Assembly: GCA_963675745.2 (NCBI GenBank)
Contig: CAXXWX010000003.1
Coordinates: forward strand, 192,001-256,000
From: Phycisphaerae bacterium
GTDB lineage: Bacteria; Planctomycetota; Phycisphaerae; UBA1845; Fen-1342
Direction of reading: 5' to 3'
Length of the DNA: 64,000 nt
This document shows, in pieces, positions 37,663 to 47,766 of the stretch. The notes below the pieces were generated by a model. That model saw only the letters and a program-made list of their open reading frames with translations. It was not told where the DNA came from and ran no database searches. The translations under genes and the position numbers were made by a program. Each line of letters begins with the position of its first letter. The stretch's first letter is position 1.

Positions 37663-40071
37663 ATGGGAAGTGCTGCACTGCATCTGCTTACGCTCGGGCT
37701 GTTGGCTGCGACTGCGGGTGCGGCTGTGTCTCCGCCCGACGACCAGCGAGCGTTGTCGTTTGTGATGGACGGCGCGTGGCGTGGCGACGGCATCTGTTAT
37801 GGCCCCCACCGCGATGGTCAGCGGCCCGGTGGCCCTGGACCGTCATCGGAACAGCTACGCGAAGACCTGCGCATCATGCGGCCGCATTGGCGTATCTTTC
37901 GGCTCTACGCCGTCGGCGATGAGACTGAGACAGTCCTGCGCACAATCCGCGACGAGCACCTCGGCATGAAGGTCTTGCTCGGCGCCTGGATCGATCCTGA
38001 ACAGCCCGGCGACAGCGAACATCCCGATGCGCAAACGCAGGCCCGTAATCGCCGACAGCTCGAACTGGCCGGGCAGCTCGCAAACCGCTATCCCGAAGTC
38101 GTGCTCGGCATCAGCGTGGGGAATGAAACACAGGTCTCCTGGTCATCCCATCGTGTCCGCCCGGAAGTACTGGTCGCCTACGTTCGCCAAGTCCGGGCGA
38201 CGACAAGCGTGCCGATCACCGTCGCCGACGACTACACTTTCTGGCTCGAACCGCGGGCGGCGCAATTGGCACGCGAAGTCGACTTCATTCACGCGCACAT
38301 TTACGCCATGTGGCGCGGCAAGACCCTGGACGAAGCGCTCCCGTTCACACAGATGCAGTACGCCGCCCTGACGACGCATTATCCCAAACACCCGATCATC
38401 ATCGGTGAGCTCGGCTGGGCGACACAGATGCACAGCGCCGGCGACCAGGCCAAGTACATCAAAGGTCGCGCGGGCATGGCAGAGCAGACGGCGTTCTATG
38501 ATGCGTTTCTGACTTGGGCGCGGCGTAAGCGCGTAGCGCACTTCTGGTTTGAGGCTTTTGACGAGAATTGGAAGGGTGGCCCGCACCCCAATGAGGTGGA
38601 GAAGCACTGGGGTGTGTTCAACTCGGACCGCTCACCCAAGGCCGCCATGCAGCCGATGGCCGTCTGGGCGCGCCGCGTGCGAGCGCTGGATTGGATCTGT
38701 TACTCCCCTACCAACGCCGACCCGGATGCGGGTCAAATGCCGACGATCGAGTCGATCCGCGCTGACCTCGCGGCGTTGCGGACCGCCGGATTCAGCGGCT
38801 TGATCACGTATGGCTCAGACGGGGTCCGCGGGCGCGACCTGCCCAAGCTGGCGGTGGATGCCGGCTTCAGTGGCCTGATCATGGGCGTGTGGGACCCGAC
38901 AAGCGCCGAAGAGCTTGCCGCCGCCCGGAACGCGGCGCAGCTTGACGAGGTATACGGCTATTGCGTCGGAAACGAGGGGCTGCGCGGCCGGTACAAGATG
39001 GATGCGCTGCGCAACGCGATCGCCGAGCTGAAGCGCGCTACCGGCAAACCCGTTACCACAACGGAGGAAATCGACGACTACGCCGACCCCGCGTTGCGCG
39101 CGGTTGGTGACTGGGTGTTTCCCAACGCGCATCCGGTTTTCCACGGCCGTGTTGATCCCGATCGCGCGGCGGATTGGACGGTCGGCGCGTATGATGAACA
39201 GGTGCGCCTGTGCAAGAACTGGGTCTGGTTCAAGGAAGTGGGGTTGCCGACCGGCGGCGACGAGAACGGCATCCTGTCCCCCGCCGCGCAGGTCAAGTAC
39301 TACACGGCTCTGGCCAAGACCCCGGTCATCTTCGCGTATTTCGAGGCGTTCGATCAGCCCTGGAAGGACTGGCGGCCATTTGAAACCCAGTGGGGGCTCT
39401 TTACCGCCGAGCGGGAGCCCAAGCTCCTGGCCAGGCAGTTGATCAAGTCAGGCTTTCCCGAGCGCGGCGTTCACGTGCAGTCCCGGTCGGCGGCGGCCAC
39501 CGAAACCGACACGCCACGCCGCGCGACCCCGTTCTGGGTCTATCGCGACGCGGAGTCTCCCGAGAACCACTTCGAGCCGAGCGGCCTCGACGGTGACACC
39601 GGCGACGTGATGATAGATGCCCATGTCAGCGACCGGCCTCACTCCGGAACAACCTGTTTGAAGCTCGTCTATACGGCCAAGGGCACCGGGCCGCACAAGT
39701 GCGCGTACGACCCGCCCTGTCGGTGGGCGGGGATTCGCTGGCTACACCCGGCGAAGAACTGGGGCGACAAGGAAGAGCACGCCGGCGCCGGATTCGATCT
39801 GCGCGGTTATCATCGACTGACATTCTGGGCCCGCGCCGACAAGCCGACACGGGCACAATTCATGGTCGGTGGTCTCGATACGCCATACGGCGACTCGCTC
39901 GCATACCCGCACGCCCTGGTTGCCGAGCTCGAAACAACGTGGCGTCAGTTTGAAATCGACTTGAAAGCCGGCGATCTAAGCCACATTATCGCCGGCTTCG
40001 GATGGAGCACGAATTGGGATTTGAACCCCGACGGTTGCTGCATTTACCTGGATGACATCCGCTTTGAGTAA
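37663..40071 (+). CDS. Secreted tandem GH17 beta-1,3-glucanase with C-terminal CBM11-like domain (start approximate)
   Basis: Two GH17 domains: ICYGP/VGNE/GELGWAT/FEAFDENWK and ICYSP/VGNE/KEVGLPT/FEAFDQPWK; tail LTFWAR...IYLDDIRFE. Confidence 0.85.
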   Translation: MGSAALHLLTLGLLAATAGAAVSPPDDQRALSFVMDGAWRGDGICYGPHRDGQRPGGPGPSSEQLREDLRIMRPHWRIFRLYAVGDETETVLRTIRDEHLGMKVLLGAWIDPEQPGDSEHPDAQTQARNRRQLELAGQLANRYPEVVLGISVGNETQVSWSSHRVRPEVLVAYVRQVRATTSVPITVADDYTFWLEPRAAQLAREVDFIHAHIYAMWRGKTLDEALPFTQMQYAALTTHYPKHPIIIGELGWATQMHSAGDQAKYIKGRAGMAEQTAFYDAFLTWARRKRVAHFWFEAFDENWKGGPHPNEVEKHWGVFNSDRSPKAAMQPMAVWARRVRALDWICYSPTNADPDAGQMPTIESIRADLAALRTAGFSGLITYGSDGVRGRDLPKLAVDAGFSGLIMGVWDPTSAEELAAARNAAQLDEVYGYCVGNEGLRGRYKMDALRNAIAELKRATGKPVTTTEEIDDYADPALRAVGDWVFPNAHPVFHGRVDPDRAADWTVGAYDEQVRLCKNWVWFKEVGLPTGGDENGILSPAAQVKYYTALAKTPVIFAYFEAFDQPWKDWRPFETQWGLFTAEREPKLLARQLIKSGFPERGVHVQSRSAAATETDTPRRATPFWVYRDAESPENHFEPSGLDGDTGDVMIDAHVSDRPHSGTTCLKLVYTAKGTGPHKCAYDPPCRWAGIRWLHPAKNWGDKEEHAGAGFDLRGYHRLTFWARADKPTRAQFMVGGLDTPYGDSLAYPHALVAELETTWRQFEIDLKAGDLSHIIAGFGWSTNWDLNPDGCCIYLDDIRFE

Positions 40072-40077
40072 GCTCTG

Positions 40078-41562
40078 ATGCGGCAGTTCAAGAAAGCCCT
40101 GCAAACCGCCATCGGCAGCGCCATGTTGCTGGCCGCATTGGGGCTCGTCGCATTCGGGCCGCGCTCGACGCGCCCCGACGCCGGCGGCCGTACGGTCGTC
40201 CGCTACTGGGAGAAGTGGACCGACTTTGAAGGCGAGGCGATGCGCCGGCTGGTCGGCGTATTTAATGATACGGTCGGGCGCGAGCGCGGCATCTTCGTTG
40301 ACTACCAGACCACGACGCAGATTGATTTGAAAGCGCTGGTTGCCGTATCCGGCGGTGATCCGCCTGACCTGGTGGGTCTCTGGCAACACAACGTCACCAG
40401 CTTTGCGTCCAGAGGCGGGTTGCTGGCACTCGACGAGCGCGCCGCCGCCGCGGGCATCACGGCGGACATGCTCATCCCGATCTACTTCGAGCCCTGCCAC
40501 TATCACGGCCGCTTGTACGGCCTGCCGCTCACGCCGTGGTCGATCGCCCTTTACTACAACAAAGACCTCTTCGCCGAATTCGGCGAGCAGTTGCGTGCCG
40601 CCGGCTATGACCCCAATCGCCCGCCGCGTACGCTGGATGAGCTCGCCGGCTATTCGCGCGTGATCCACCGCCGCGACAAAAACGGCGACATCACGCTGAT
40701 GGGTTATCTGCCCGGCGCCCCGGCCCCATCCATCGCCTGGTACTGCCACACCTGGCCGATCTGGTTCGGCGGGTCGTTCTATGACGCCGATGCGCAGACA
40801 GTGCCGGTCGCAAGCGATATCTCCATCCGCGCGCACGAGTGGGTACGTGATTTCGAGCAGCAGTTTGGTGTGGCCGACGTACAGAAATTCGAATCGGGCC
40901 TCTCGAACTTCAATTCGCCGGACAATCCGTTCATGAGCGGGCGGCTGGCAATGATGCGCCAAGGACCGTGGTTTGCGAACATGATCCGCCAGTATGCACC
41001 CAATCTGAACTGGGCGGCGGCGCCGTTCCCCACGCACGACGGGAGCGAGATCAGCTTCTGTGGCCAGGACGTGCTCGTCATCCCCGATGGGGCACACCAC
41101 CCCGACGAGGCCTGGGCGTTCATCGAATGGCTGTTGACCGGCCCGCCCGTCAACGTCCCATCGGGCCAGGCCACGCCACAGCGGGGCTACGAGTATTACG
41201 AGGCAAGAACGCCCGACGGCATCGAGCGCCGCCCGATGCCGCCGCTGCGGCCGATCGAGTGGATTTGCTGGATTCACTACAAAAACAGCCCCCTGGTGAA
41301 CCCGTCGCCCGAGTTCATCGAGACACACCCCAGTCCGGCGCTGGCGATCCACGAGCGCTTGGCGCGCCTGCCCGGTGCGCAAACCGAGCCGGGGCTACCC
41401 AACTGGATACAGCTCAGTTCGGAGCTGATCCAGACGTACGCCGACATCTGGGCAACCGGAGCGCCGGTGCGGCCGCGGCTGGAAAGCTGTCAGCAACGCA
41501 TTGACACCCTCATCGAGCTCGCCCGCCGACAACAGGCGCGCCTCGGGGAGCAATACCCATGA
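40078..41562 (+). CDS. Sugar ABC transporter substrate-binding protein
   Basis: YWEKW, SGGDPPD, LYYNKDLF, LAMMRQGPW. Confidence 0.9.
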   Translation: MRQFKKALQTAIGSAMLLAALGLVAFGPRSTRPDAGGRTVVRYWEKWTDFEGEAMRRLVGVFNDTVGRERGIFVDYQTTTQIDLKALVAVSGGDPPDLVGLWQHNVTSFASRGGLLALDERAAAAGITADMLIPIYFEPCHYHGRLYGLPLTPWSIALYYNKDLFAEFGEQLRAAGYDPNRPPRTLDELAGYSRVIHRRDKNGDITLMGYLPGAPAPSIAWYCHTWPIWFGGSFYDADAQTVPVASDISIRAHEWVRDFEQQFGVADVQKFESGLSNFNSPDNPFMSGRLAMMRQGPWFANMIRQYAPNLNWAAAPFPTHDGSEISFCGQDVLVIPDGAHHPDEAWAFIEWLLTGPPVNVPSGQATPQRGYEYYEARTPDGIERRPMPPLRPIEWICWIHYKNSPLVNPSPEFIETHPSPALAIHERLARLPGAQTEPGLPNWIQLSSELIQTYADIWATGAPVRPRLESCQQRIDTLIELARRQQARLGEQYP

Positions 41563-42488
41563 GTGATCCGCGCGGTGCCACTGCAACCAATCGGCGTGAC
41601 ACGCTCACGGGTGTGCTGTGGATCAGCCCCTGGATCATCGGCTTCTCGGTCTTCATTCTGCTGCCCGTGATCATGTCGGCGTATCTGAGCTTCTGCACGT
41701 TTGACGGCGTACGCCGGCCGATCTTCACCGGTCTCGAAAACCTCTCCACGCTGATCGCTGATCCGCGCTTCTGGAAAGTCCTGAAGAACACGGCGATTTA
41801 CGCCGCCGTCTCCCTGCCGGTCGGAACGGTGCTGGCGATCACCATCGCCATTCTGCTCAACCAGCGCGTCCCGGGCCGCGCCCTGTGGCGCGCGATGATC
41901 TTTGTGCCGACGCTCGTCCCACTGGTGGCCTCCGCCATGATCTGGATGTGGATGTTCAATGCCAGCCACGGCCTGATCAACGCCCTGTTTCGCCTGCTCA
42001 ACTATCTACCGTTTGTCTCCGGCGTCGATGGACCAAGCTGGTTGACCAGCCAGTACTGGACGATGCCGTCGATGATCCTGCTGAGCTTCTGGGCGATCGG
42101 CCATCCGGTGGTGATCTACCTGGCCGGTTTGCAGGACGTTCCGCGGAGTCTCTATGAAGCGGCTCACGTGGACGGTGCAGGCCCGGGTCAACGTCTCTGG
42201 CACGTCACCCTGCCGATGATCTCGCCGACCATCTTTTTCAACGTGGTGATGGGCATCATCTATGTCTGGCAGGTGTTCGCCATACCACAGATCATGCTCG
42301 AAGGTGGCGGTCCCGGCCGGAATGCTTATTTCTACACCATGTACCTCTATGACGTGGCGTTTCGCGATTTGCGTTTTGGTTACGCCTGCCTGCTGAGTTG
42401 GGTGCAACTGCTGATCATCCTGGGCCTCACGGCGCTGGCGTTTCGGCTCAGCAAGAACCTGGTTCACTATCGGGGGGCAGCGCGATGA
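41559..42488 (+). CDS. Carbohydrate ABC transporter permease (MalF-like)
   Basis: YLAGLQDVPRSLYEAAHVDGA; ATGA overlap with upstream gene. Confidence 0.93.
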   Translation: MSDPRGATATNRRDTLTGVLWISPWIIGFSVFILLPVIMSAYLSFCTFDGVRRPIFTGLENLSTLIADPRFWKVLKNTAIYAAVSLPVGTVLAITIAILLNQRVPGRALWRAMIFVPTLVPLVASAMIWMWMFNASHGLINALFRLLNYLPFVSGVDGPSWLTSQYWTMPSMILLSFWAIGHPVVIYLAGLQDVPRSLYEAAHVDGAGPGQRLWHVTLPMISPTIFFNVVMGIIYVWQVFAIPQIMLEGGGPGRNAYFYTMYLYDVAFRDLRFGYACLLSWVQLLIILGLTALAFRLSKNLVHYRGAAR

Positions 42489-43393
42489 CGGCCGCAACAA
42501 TCAAGCACATCGTCGCCACGGGTCTCGTTGCGATCGTTGCCGTGGCGTTCGTCACTCCGTTGGTGTGGATGATCGCCACCAGTCTCAAGCCACAAGAGGA
42601 GATCAGCACGGCGGGGCTCTCGCTGTTGCCCGACGAGCCGTCCAAGCTGCCACGCTACGCATACGAGAACTATTATGCCGGCCGCCCCAAAGCCATCGAC
42701 AAGGACGGTGTCGAGCGCGTCGGTTACGAGGGCGTGCTCACCAGTGAAAACGTCCACTTCCTGCTGTACGCCCGCAACACGTTGATCGTCGCGCTGCTCA
42801 GCGTCGGCGGCATGGTGCTTTCGAGCGCCATCTGTGCCTACGGGTTCGCGAAAGTTCAGTGGCGCGGCCGAAACGTCGCCTTCGCGATCATGCTCGCGAC
42901 GATGATGATCCCGTTCCCGGCGGTCATGATCCCCACGTACTTCATCTTCAAGAGCCTGGGGCTGATTGGCACGCTCGCGCCGCTGTGGCTGCCCGCGTGC
43001 TTCGGCGGCGCGTTCAATGTGTTCCTGTTGCGCCAGTTCTTCATGCAGATCCCCAACGAGCTGTCCGAAGCCGCCCGCCTTGACGGGCTGGGACACTGGG
43101 GCATTTTCTGGCGCATCGTCATCCCGCTCTCACGTCCGGCCCTGGCGGTTGTGGCACTGTTCCACTCGATATACGTCTGGAACGACTTCATCGGTCCGCT
43201 GATCTACCTCAACCATCAGGACCTGTTTACACTGGCACTGGGCTTGCAGTTCTACGAGTCCCAACATGGCGGCACACCGTGGAATCTGCTCATGGCCGCC
43301 TGCACCCTCGTCACCGCCCCACTGCTGATGCTGTTTGTCATGACTCAGCGGACGTTCATCGAGGGTATCGCCACCACGGGCACGAAGGAGTGA
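42485..43393 (+). CDS. Carbohydrate ABC transporter permease (MalG-like)
   Basis: ELSEAARLDG, WNDFIGPLIY; ATGA overlap at 42485. Confidence 0.93.
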   Translation: MTAATIKHIVATGLVAIVAVAFVTPLVWMIATSLKPQEEISTAGLSLLPDEPSKLPRYAYENYYAGRPKAIDKDGVERVGYEGVLTSENVHFLLYARNTLIVALLSVGGMVLSSAICAYGFAKVQWRGRNVAFAIMLATMMIPFPAVMIPTYFIFKSLGLIGTLAPLWLPACFGGAFNVFLLRQFFMQIPNELSEAARLDGLGHWGIFWRIVIPLSRPALAVVALFHSIYVWNDFIGPLIYLNHQDLFTLALGLQFYESQHGGTPWNLLMAACTLVTAPLLMLFVMTQRTFIEGIATTGTKE

Positions 43394-43519
43394 CTCGGCC
43401 CGGAATTGAGCCGCGCCGAGCACTGCCCGGCGCGACCACGACGCAGCTACAATGATGAAAGGGATTATTTGGTGTCCACAACTTTCGACTTGATACAACG
43501 CGCGAGCGGCGATCTGAGC

Positions 43520-46500
43520 ATGCCCGATTATCAACTCGAGCAGGACGGCAGCTACCGCATCAACCAGTATGACTCAGCCGCGGCGTTTTGCAGCTTCTTG
43601 CCCGGGATTGGTGGGCCGGCCGGCGTCCCCCTGTGGTGCATGTACGTCAACCGCGCCCAGGCGATTGTGTCTTTCGGCGTACACAACAAGGACAACGCCA
43701 TCTGCGAGTACCTGCCGGCAACCTGGGCCTATCAGCTTGTCGGCATTCAGGGCTTTCGCACCTTCTGCAAGATTGACGGCAACTACTATGAGCCATTCCG
43801 CGCGCCGGCCGATGGACGATCGGGCGCAGCGCGCGCGATGCACATTGAGCCCGATCATCTGACGCTGCGCGAAACAGCCGCACCGCACGGCCTGTCGTTC
43901 ACCGTGCGCTACTTCGCCCCCGTGAACCAGCCATTGGGCACGCTTTGTCGACGATTGACCATCACGAACACCGGCGACGAAGCCAAATCGGTGGAGGCGC
44001 TCGATGGCCTGCCGCTGATCTTGCCGGCGGGATTCACCGACCATGGCATCAAGACGATGCGGCACATCCACGAGGCATATGCCGCCGTGCGACTCACTTG
44101 CGGTCACGTCCCGTTCTTCGCCTCGAAGGTCCACGCCCACGATGAAGCCGAGGTGACCGAGGTGCGGCACGGCAACTTCTACGCCGCGTGGACTGTCCGC
44201 GATGGCGGCCTGGTACCGGTTGAGCCGTACGTCGACCCGCACGTGATCTTCGGCGGTGGGCATGACCTGATCTCACCACGGCGTTTCATTGCCGAGGATG
44301 CACTGTCGCGCGAGCAGCAGATCTGGGAGAACCGACTTCCGTGTGCCCTGGCGCCGATAAGCGCCACACTTGAACCCGGCGCCTCGATCGAGCTGGTTGC
44401 CCTGGTCGGCACCGCCCCCAGCGAGAAGCGCCTGGAGGCTTTCCTCCCACGCTATCAGCGGATCGAAGACTTGGACGCCGCGCGAGAAGAGAGCCGGCGA
44501 CTGTTTGAGAGCCTTGTCACTCCCGCATTCACGGTCTCGCGGTATCCGACGTTCGATGCCTATGCGCGGCAGAATTACCTCGACAATGTACTGCGCGGCG
44601 GGCGCCCCGAGATGCTGCCGTCGCGCTCCGGGCCGACGCCGCTGTATCTCTATGCCCGGCGGCACGGTGACCTCGAGCGTGATTACAACTACTTCGTGCT
44701 CCCGCCGACGCCCCTCTCGAGCGGCGCCGGAAACTATCGCGATGTCTGCCAGAATCGACGTAGCGACGTCTGGTTCTATCCGGACCCCGACGCCACCTGC
44801 ATTCGCATGTTCGTCGAATTGCTCCAGCCTGATGGCTATAACCCGCTGTCGGTCGAAGGCTATCGCTGGCGCCTCGGGCGCGACGTCGATCCGCTGCGGC
44901 ACTGCCCGGCGACCGACACCGCCGCGCGCGACGCATTCCGCACGCTGCTCGACGACACGTTTGTGCCCGGCGAACTGCTTCATTGGGCGCAGCGTTACGC
45001 AGTGCCGCTCGACCAGCCGCGGGCCTGGCTCGAACGCGTGCTCGGCGACTGCGAGCGCAGCCTGGTGGCCAACGGTCACGCCGGCGGCTACTGGATCGAC
45101 CATTGGACATACATCATCGACCTGCTCGAAGCCTTTGCGGCCGTATATCCCGACCGGGTCGAACAAATGCTCACGGGCGCGGCGGACGTTGGCTGGTTCG
45201 ACGAGGGCGCGAGCGTGGCATCCCGGCACGAGAAGTACGTTCGCCGGGGTGATCAGCCGCTTCAGCTCAATGCCGTTCAAACCGGCCGCCAGGCCACCGC
45301 TGCGTTGCCGCCCACGACAATCCTCGGCAAGCTCTGCGCGCTGGTCGCGATCAAGGCTATCAGCTTTGACTACGCCGGTCGCGGCATCGAGATGGAAGCC
45401 GGTCGCCCCGGATGGAACGACTCGCTGAACGGCCTGCCAGGCCTGTTCGGGTCCTCCACTTGTGAGGCCGCCGAACTGACACGCCTCGCGGCCTGGCTGC
45501 GGGCGGCGCTGCCGAGCGCGCCGAATACGGAGTTACCGGTCGAAATCGCCGACCTGATCGTCGACGTTGTGGCAGACCTCAAGGCGCCAACCTATGACTG
45601 GGATCGGGCCGCGGGATTGCGCGAGCGATGTCGCGCGCGGCTGTACGGGGCCGGCGGCGGCGAGACGCGCGTGGTCAGCGGCACGCTGCTCACCGATTTA
45701 CTGGCCGGCGCTGAAAGCCGCGGACGCCGGGCGACCAAGAACTCGATCGATAGCGCGCGGGGGCTGATCCACACCTACTATGTCGGCAATCCGCAAAGCC
45801 ACCCCGACGAGACCATCGGCGGATTCGCGTCCGAGCCGTTGCCGCTCTATCTCGAGGGGCAGGTGCATTGGCTGCGCATCCAGCGCAGCGCGGACGACGC
45901 GCGCGCGATCTACCAGGCCGTCCGCAACAGCCCGCTCTTTGACCAGGCCCTGCGGATGTACAAGCTCAATGAGTGTCTCGATGGCCAACCTCCCGAGATC
46001 GGCCGGGCACGGACGTTTACGCGCGGCTGGTTCGAGAATGAGTCAATCTGGCTGCACATGAGCTATAAGTTCCTGCTCGAGTTGCTGCGAGCCGGCCTGC
46101 ACGCTGAGTTCTTTGAAGACATCCGCACGATGTTCGTACCATTCATGAACCCGGAGACGTATGGGCGCAGCACGCTCGAGAACTCGTCGTTCATCGGCTC
46201 GTCGGCGAATCCCGACCCCCACACGCACGGGCGCGGCTTCATCGCCAGACTCAGCGGTTCGACCGCCGAGTTCATTCACATGTGGTTGCTAATGACAGTC
46301 GGCCAGCGGCCCTTCCACATTGAAAACGACACGCTCCACTTTCAGCTCGAGCCCGTTCTTCCTGGCGAGTGGTTCACCACGCAACCAGAGACGATTTCGT
46401 GGCAGGGTGAGAAGGTGGAAATCCCAGTAAACGCCTTCGCCTGCGCCCTGCTCGGAAACACGTTGCTCGTCTACCACAACCCCACCCGGGCAAACACCTT

Positions 46501-46639
46501 CGGCCCCAACGCCGTGCGGCCGGTGGATTACGTGCTCGACGGCTGTTCCTGCGAGCGACAAGCCGCGGGTCTGGCGGGCGAGCTTGCCGAACGCGTTCGC
46601 GCCCGGGCATTCACGCGCATCGACGTACACCTGGCCTGA
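43520..46639 (+). CDS. GH161-like beta-1,3-glucan phosphorylase
   Basis: SFLPGIGG..GVPLW..YVNRAQ, RHGDLERDYNYF, GNYRDVCQNRR, GWNDSLNGLPG, GWFENESIWLHMSYK, RLSGSTAEF; cytoplasmic. Confidence 0.8.
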   Translation: MPDYQLEQDGSYRINQYDSAAAFCSFLPGIGGPAGVPLWCMYVNRAQAIVSFGVHNKDNAICEYLPATWAYQLVGIQGFRTFCKIDGNYYEPFRAPADGRSGAARAMHIEPDHLTLRETAAPHGLSFTVRYFAPVNQPLGTLCRRLTITNTGDEAKSVEALDGLPLILPAGFTDHGIKTMRHIHEAYAAVRLTCGHVPFFASKVHAHDEAEVTEVRHGNFYAAWTVRDGGLVPVEPYVDPHVIFGGGHDLISPRRFIAEDALSREQQIWENRLPCALAPISATLEPGASIELVALVGTAPSEKRLEAFLPRYQRIEDLDAAREESRRLFESLVTPAFTVSRYPTFDAYARQNYLDNVLRGGRPEMLPSRSGPTPLYLYARRHGDLERDYNYFVLPPTPLSSGAGNYRDVCQNRRSDVWFYPDPDATCIRMFVELLQPDGYNPLSVEGYRWRLGRDVDPLRHCPATDTAARDAFRTLLDDTFVPGELLHWAQRYAVPLDQPRAWLERVLGDCERSLVANGHAGGYWIDHWTYIIDLLEAFAAVYPDRVEQMLTGAADVGWFDEGASVASRHEKYVRRGDQPLQLNAVQTGRQATAALPPTTILGKLCALVAIKAISFDYAGRGIEMEAGRPGWNDSLNGLPGLFGSSTCEAAELTRLAAWLRAALPSAPNTELPVEIADLIVDVVADLKAPTYDWDRAAGLRERCRARLYGAGGGETRVVSGTLLTDLLAGAESRGRRATKNSIDSARGLIHTYYVGNPQSHPDETIGGFASEPLPLYLEGQVHWLRIQRSADDARAIYQAVRNSPLFDQALRMYKLNECLDGQPPEIGRARTFTRGWFENESIWLHMSYKFLLELLRAGLHAEFFEDIRTMFVPFMNPETYGRSTLENSSFIGSSANPDPHTHGRGFIARLSGSTAEFIHMWLLMTVGQRPFHIENDTLHFQLEPVLPGEWFTTQPETISWQGEKVEIPVNAFACALLGNTLLVYHNPTRANTFGPNAVRPVDYVLDGCSCERQAAGLAGELAERVRARAFTRIDVHLA

Positions 46640-47046
46640 ACGACCGCCGACCAGGAAGATTGCCCGCCCAAGCCGGAGTGACCAACGTTGCGCCACGCCG
46701 ATAGTATCCGGCGCGGCGCGCGTGGAAAACGCGCTTCTCGCCTTGATTCTCACCAAAACCGCGACCTAGCATTGGTGGAGCTATCACGAGATTACTTCCC
46801 TCCGAAGGGTTGTCGGCCGCACTTGCGGCTGGCAACCCTTCATTATGGGGCTTCATGTACGCGGGCGATCACTACACCCGTTGCGCGCAGGCCGAGGAAT
46901 CAGAGCGCATCAACTCTGCAGCGTGTGACTAGCCACGCCCCTCAACACTGAAGCCCGAAAACTGAACTCTGAACTCTTCACGTGCGGCACAACCCAGCCA
47001 AAGCGGTACAATTCGAGTAGAGGGCGTTTCCGTGAGGGATGCCAAA

Positions 47047-47766
47047 ATGACTCACGCTCACAAACACCACCACGACAACGAGGCCGCGACCTCAGCGTTC
47101 ACGCTTATCGAGCTGCTCGTGGTCGTGGCGATCATCTCACTGCTGATTTCGATCCTGACGCCATCGCTGTCGCGTGCGCGCCAGCAGGCCAAGTCAACCG
47201 TGTGCCTGACACGGCTCAACGAATTTATGAAGGGCATCACCGCCTACTCCAACGACCATGATTTCGCTATACCTTTGATGCAGTTCGACAAGATCGACCC
47301 CAATCAACCGGGATCGACAGCGGCCCGGCACGGCTGGGCGGAGTTGCTGTACACCTACCTCTACTCCGACCACGATTACAGCGACCGGGAAGACTTCCCC
47401 GTGCAGCGCAACAATCACGGCCGGCACGAGCTGTTCGTCTGCAAGGAGGCGAACCCCACCACCGACAGCACCGGACACTACCGGGTTTACGAAGTTTCCT
47501 GGGCGCGCGGCGTCATCGACCAGGTGAAACTCAAGCTACCGCTGATCACCGACGCCAATCCGGTCGTGACCGACGAAGAGGATCTGCGGCTCAGCTACAT
47601 TCCGCGCGAGCGCATCGCCGGGCTCGAGGGCGAGGCCTACATCGATGAACGACACTACGGCGGCGCGAATTACGCCTTTCCCGACGGCCACGCCAACCGC
47701 AGCACCGGCCTGAAGGAACAACTGGCCCTCGATTGGGACCTCAATCCGGAAACGCCGAATCAATGA
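47047..47766 (+). CDS. Prepilin-type N-terminal cleavage/methylation protein, H-X9-DG family
   Basis: [48 protein letters not shown]. Confidence 0.9.
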   Translation: MTHAHKHHHDNEAATSAFTLIELLVVVAIISLLISILTPSLSRARQQAKSTVCLTRLNEFMKGITAYSNDHDFAIPLMQFDKIDPNQPGSTAARHGWAELLYTYLYSDHDYSDREDFPVQRNNHGRHELFVCKEANPTTDSTGHYRVYEVSWARGVIDQVKLKLPLITDANPVVTDEEDLRLSYIPRERIAGLEGEAYIDERHYGGANYAFPDGHANRSTGLKEQLALDWDLNPETPNQ

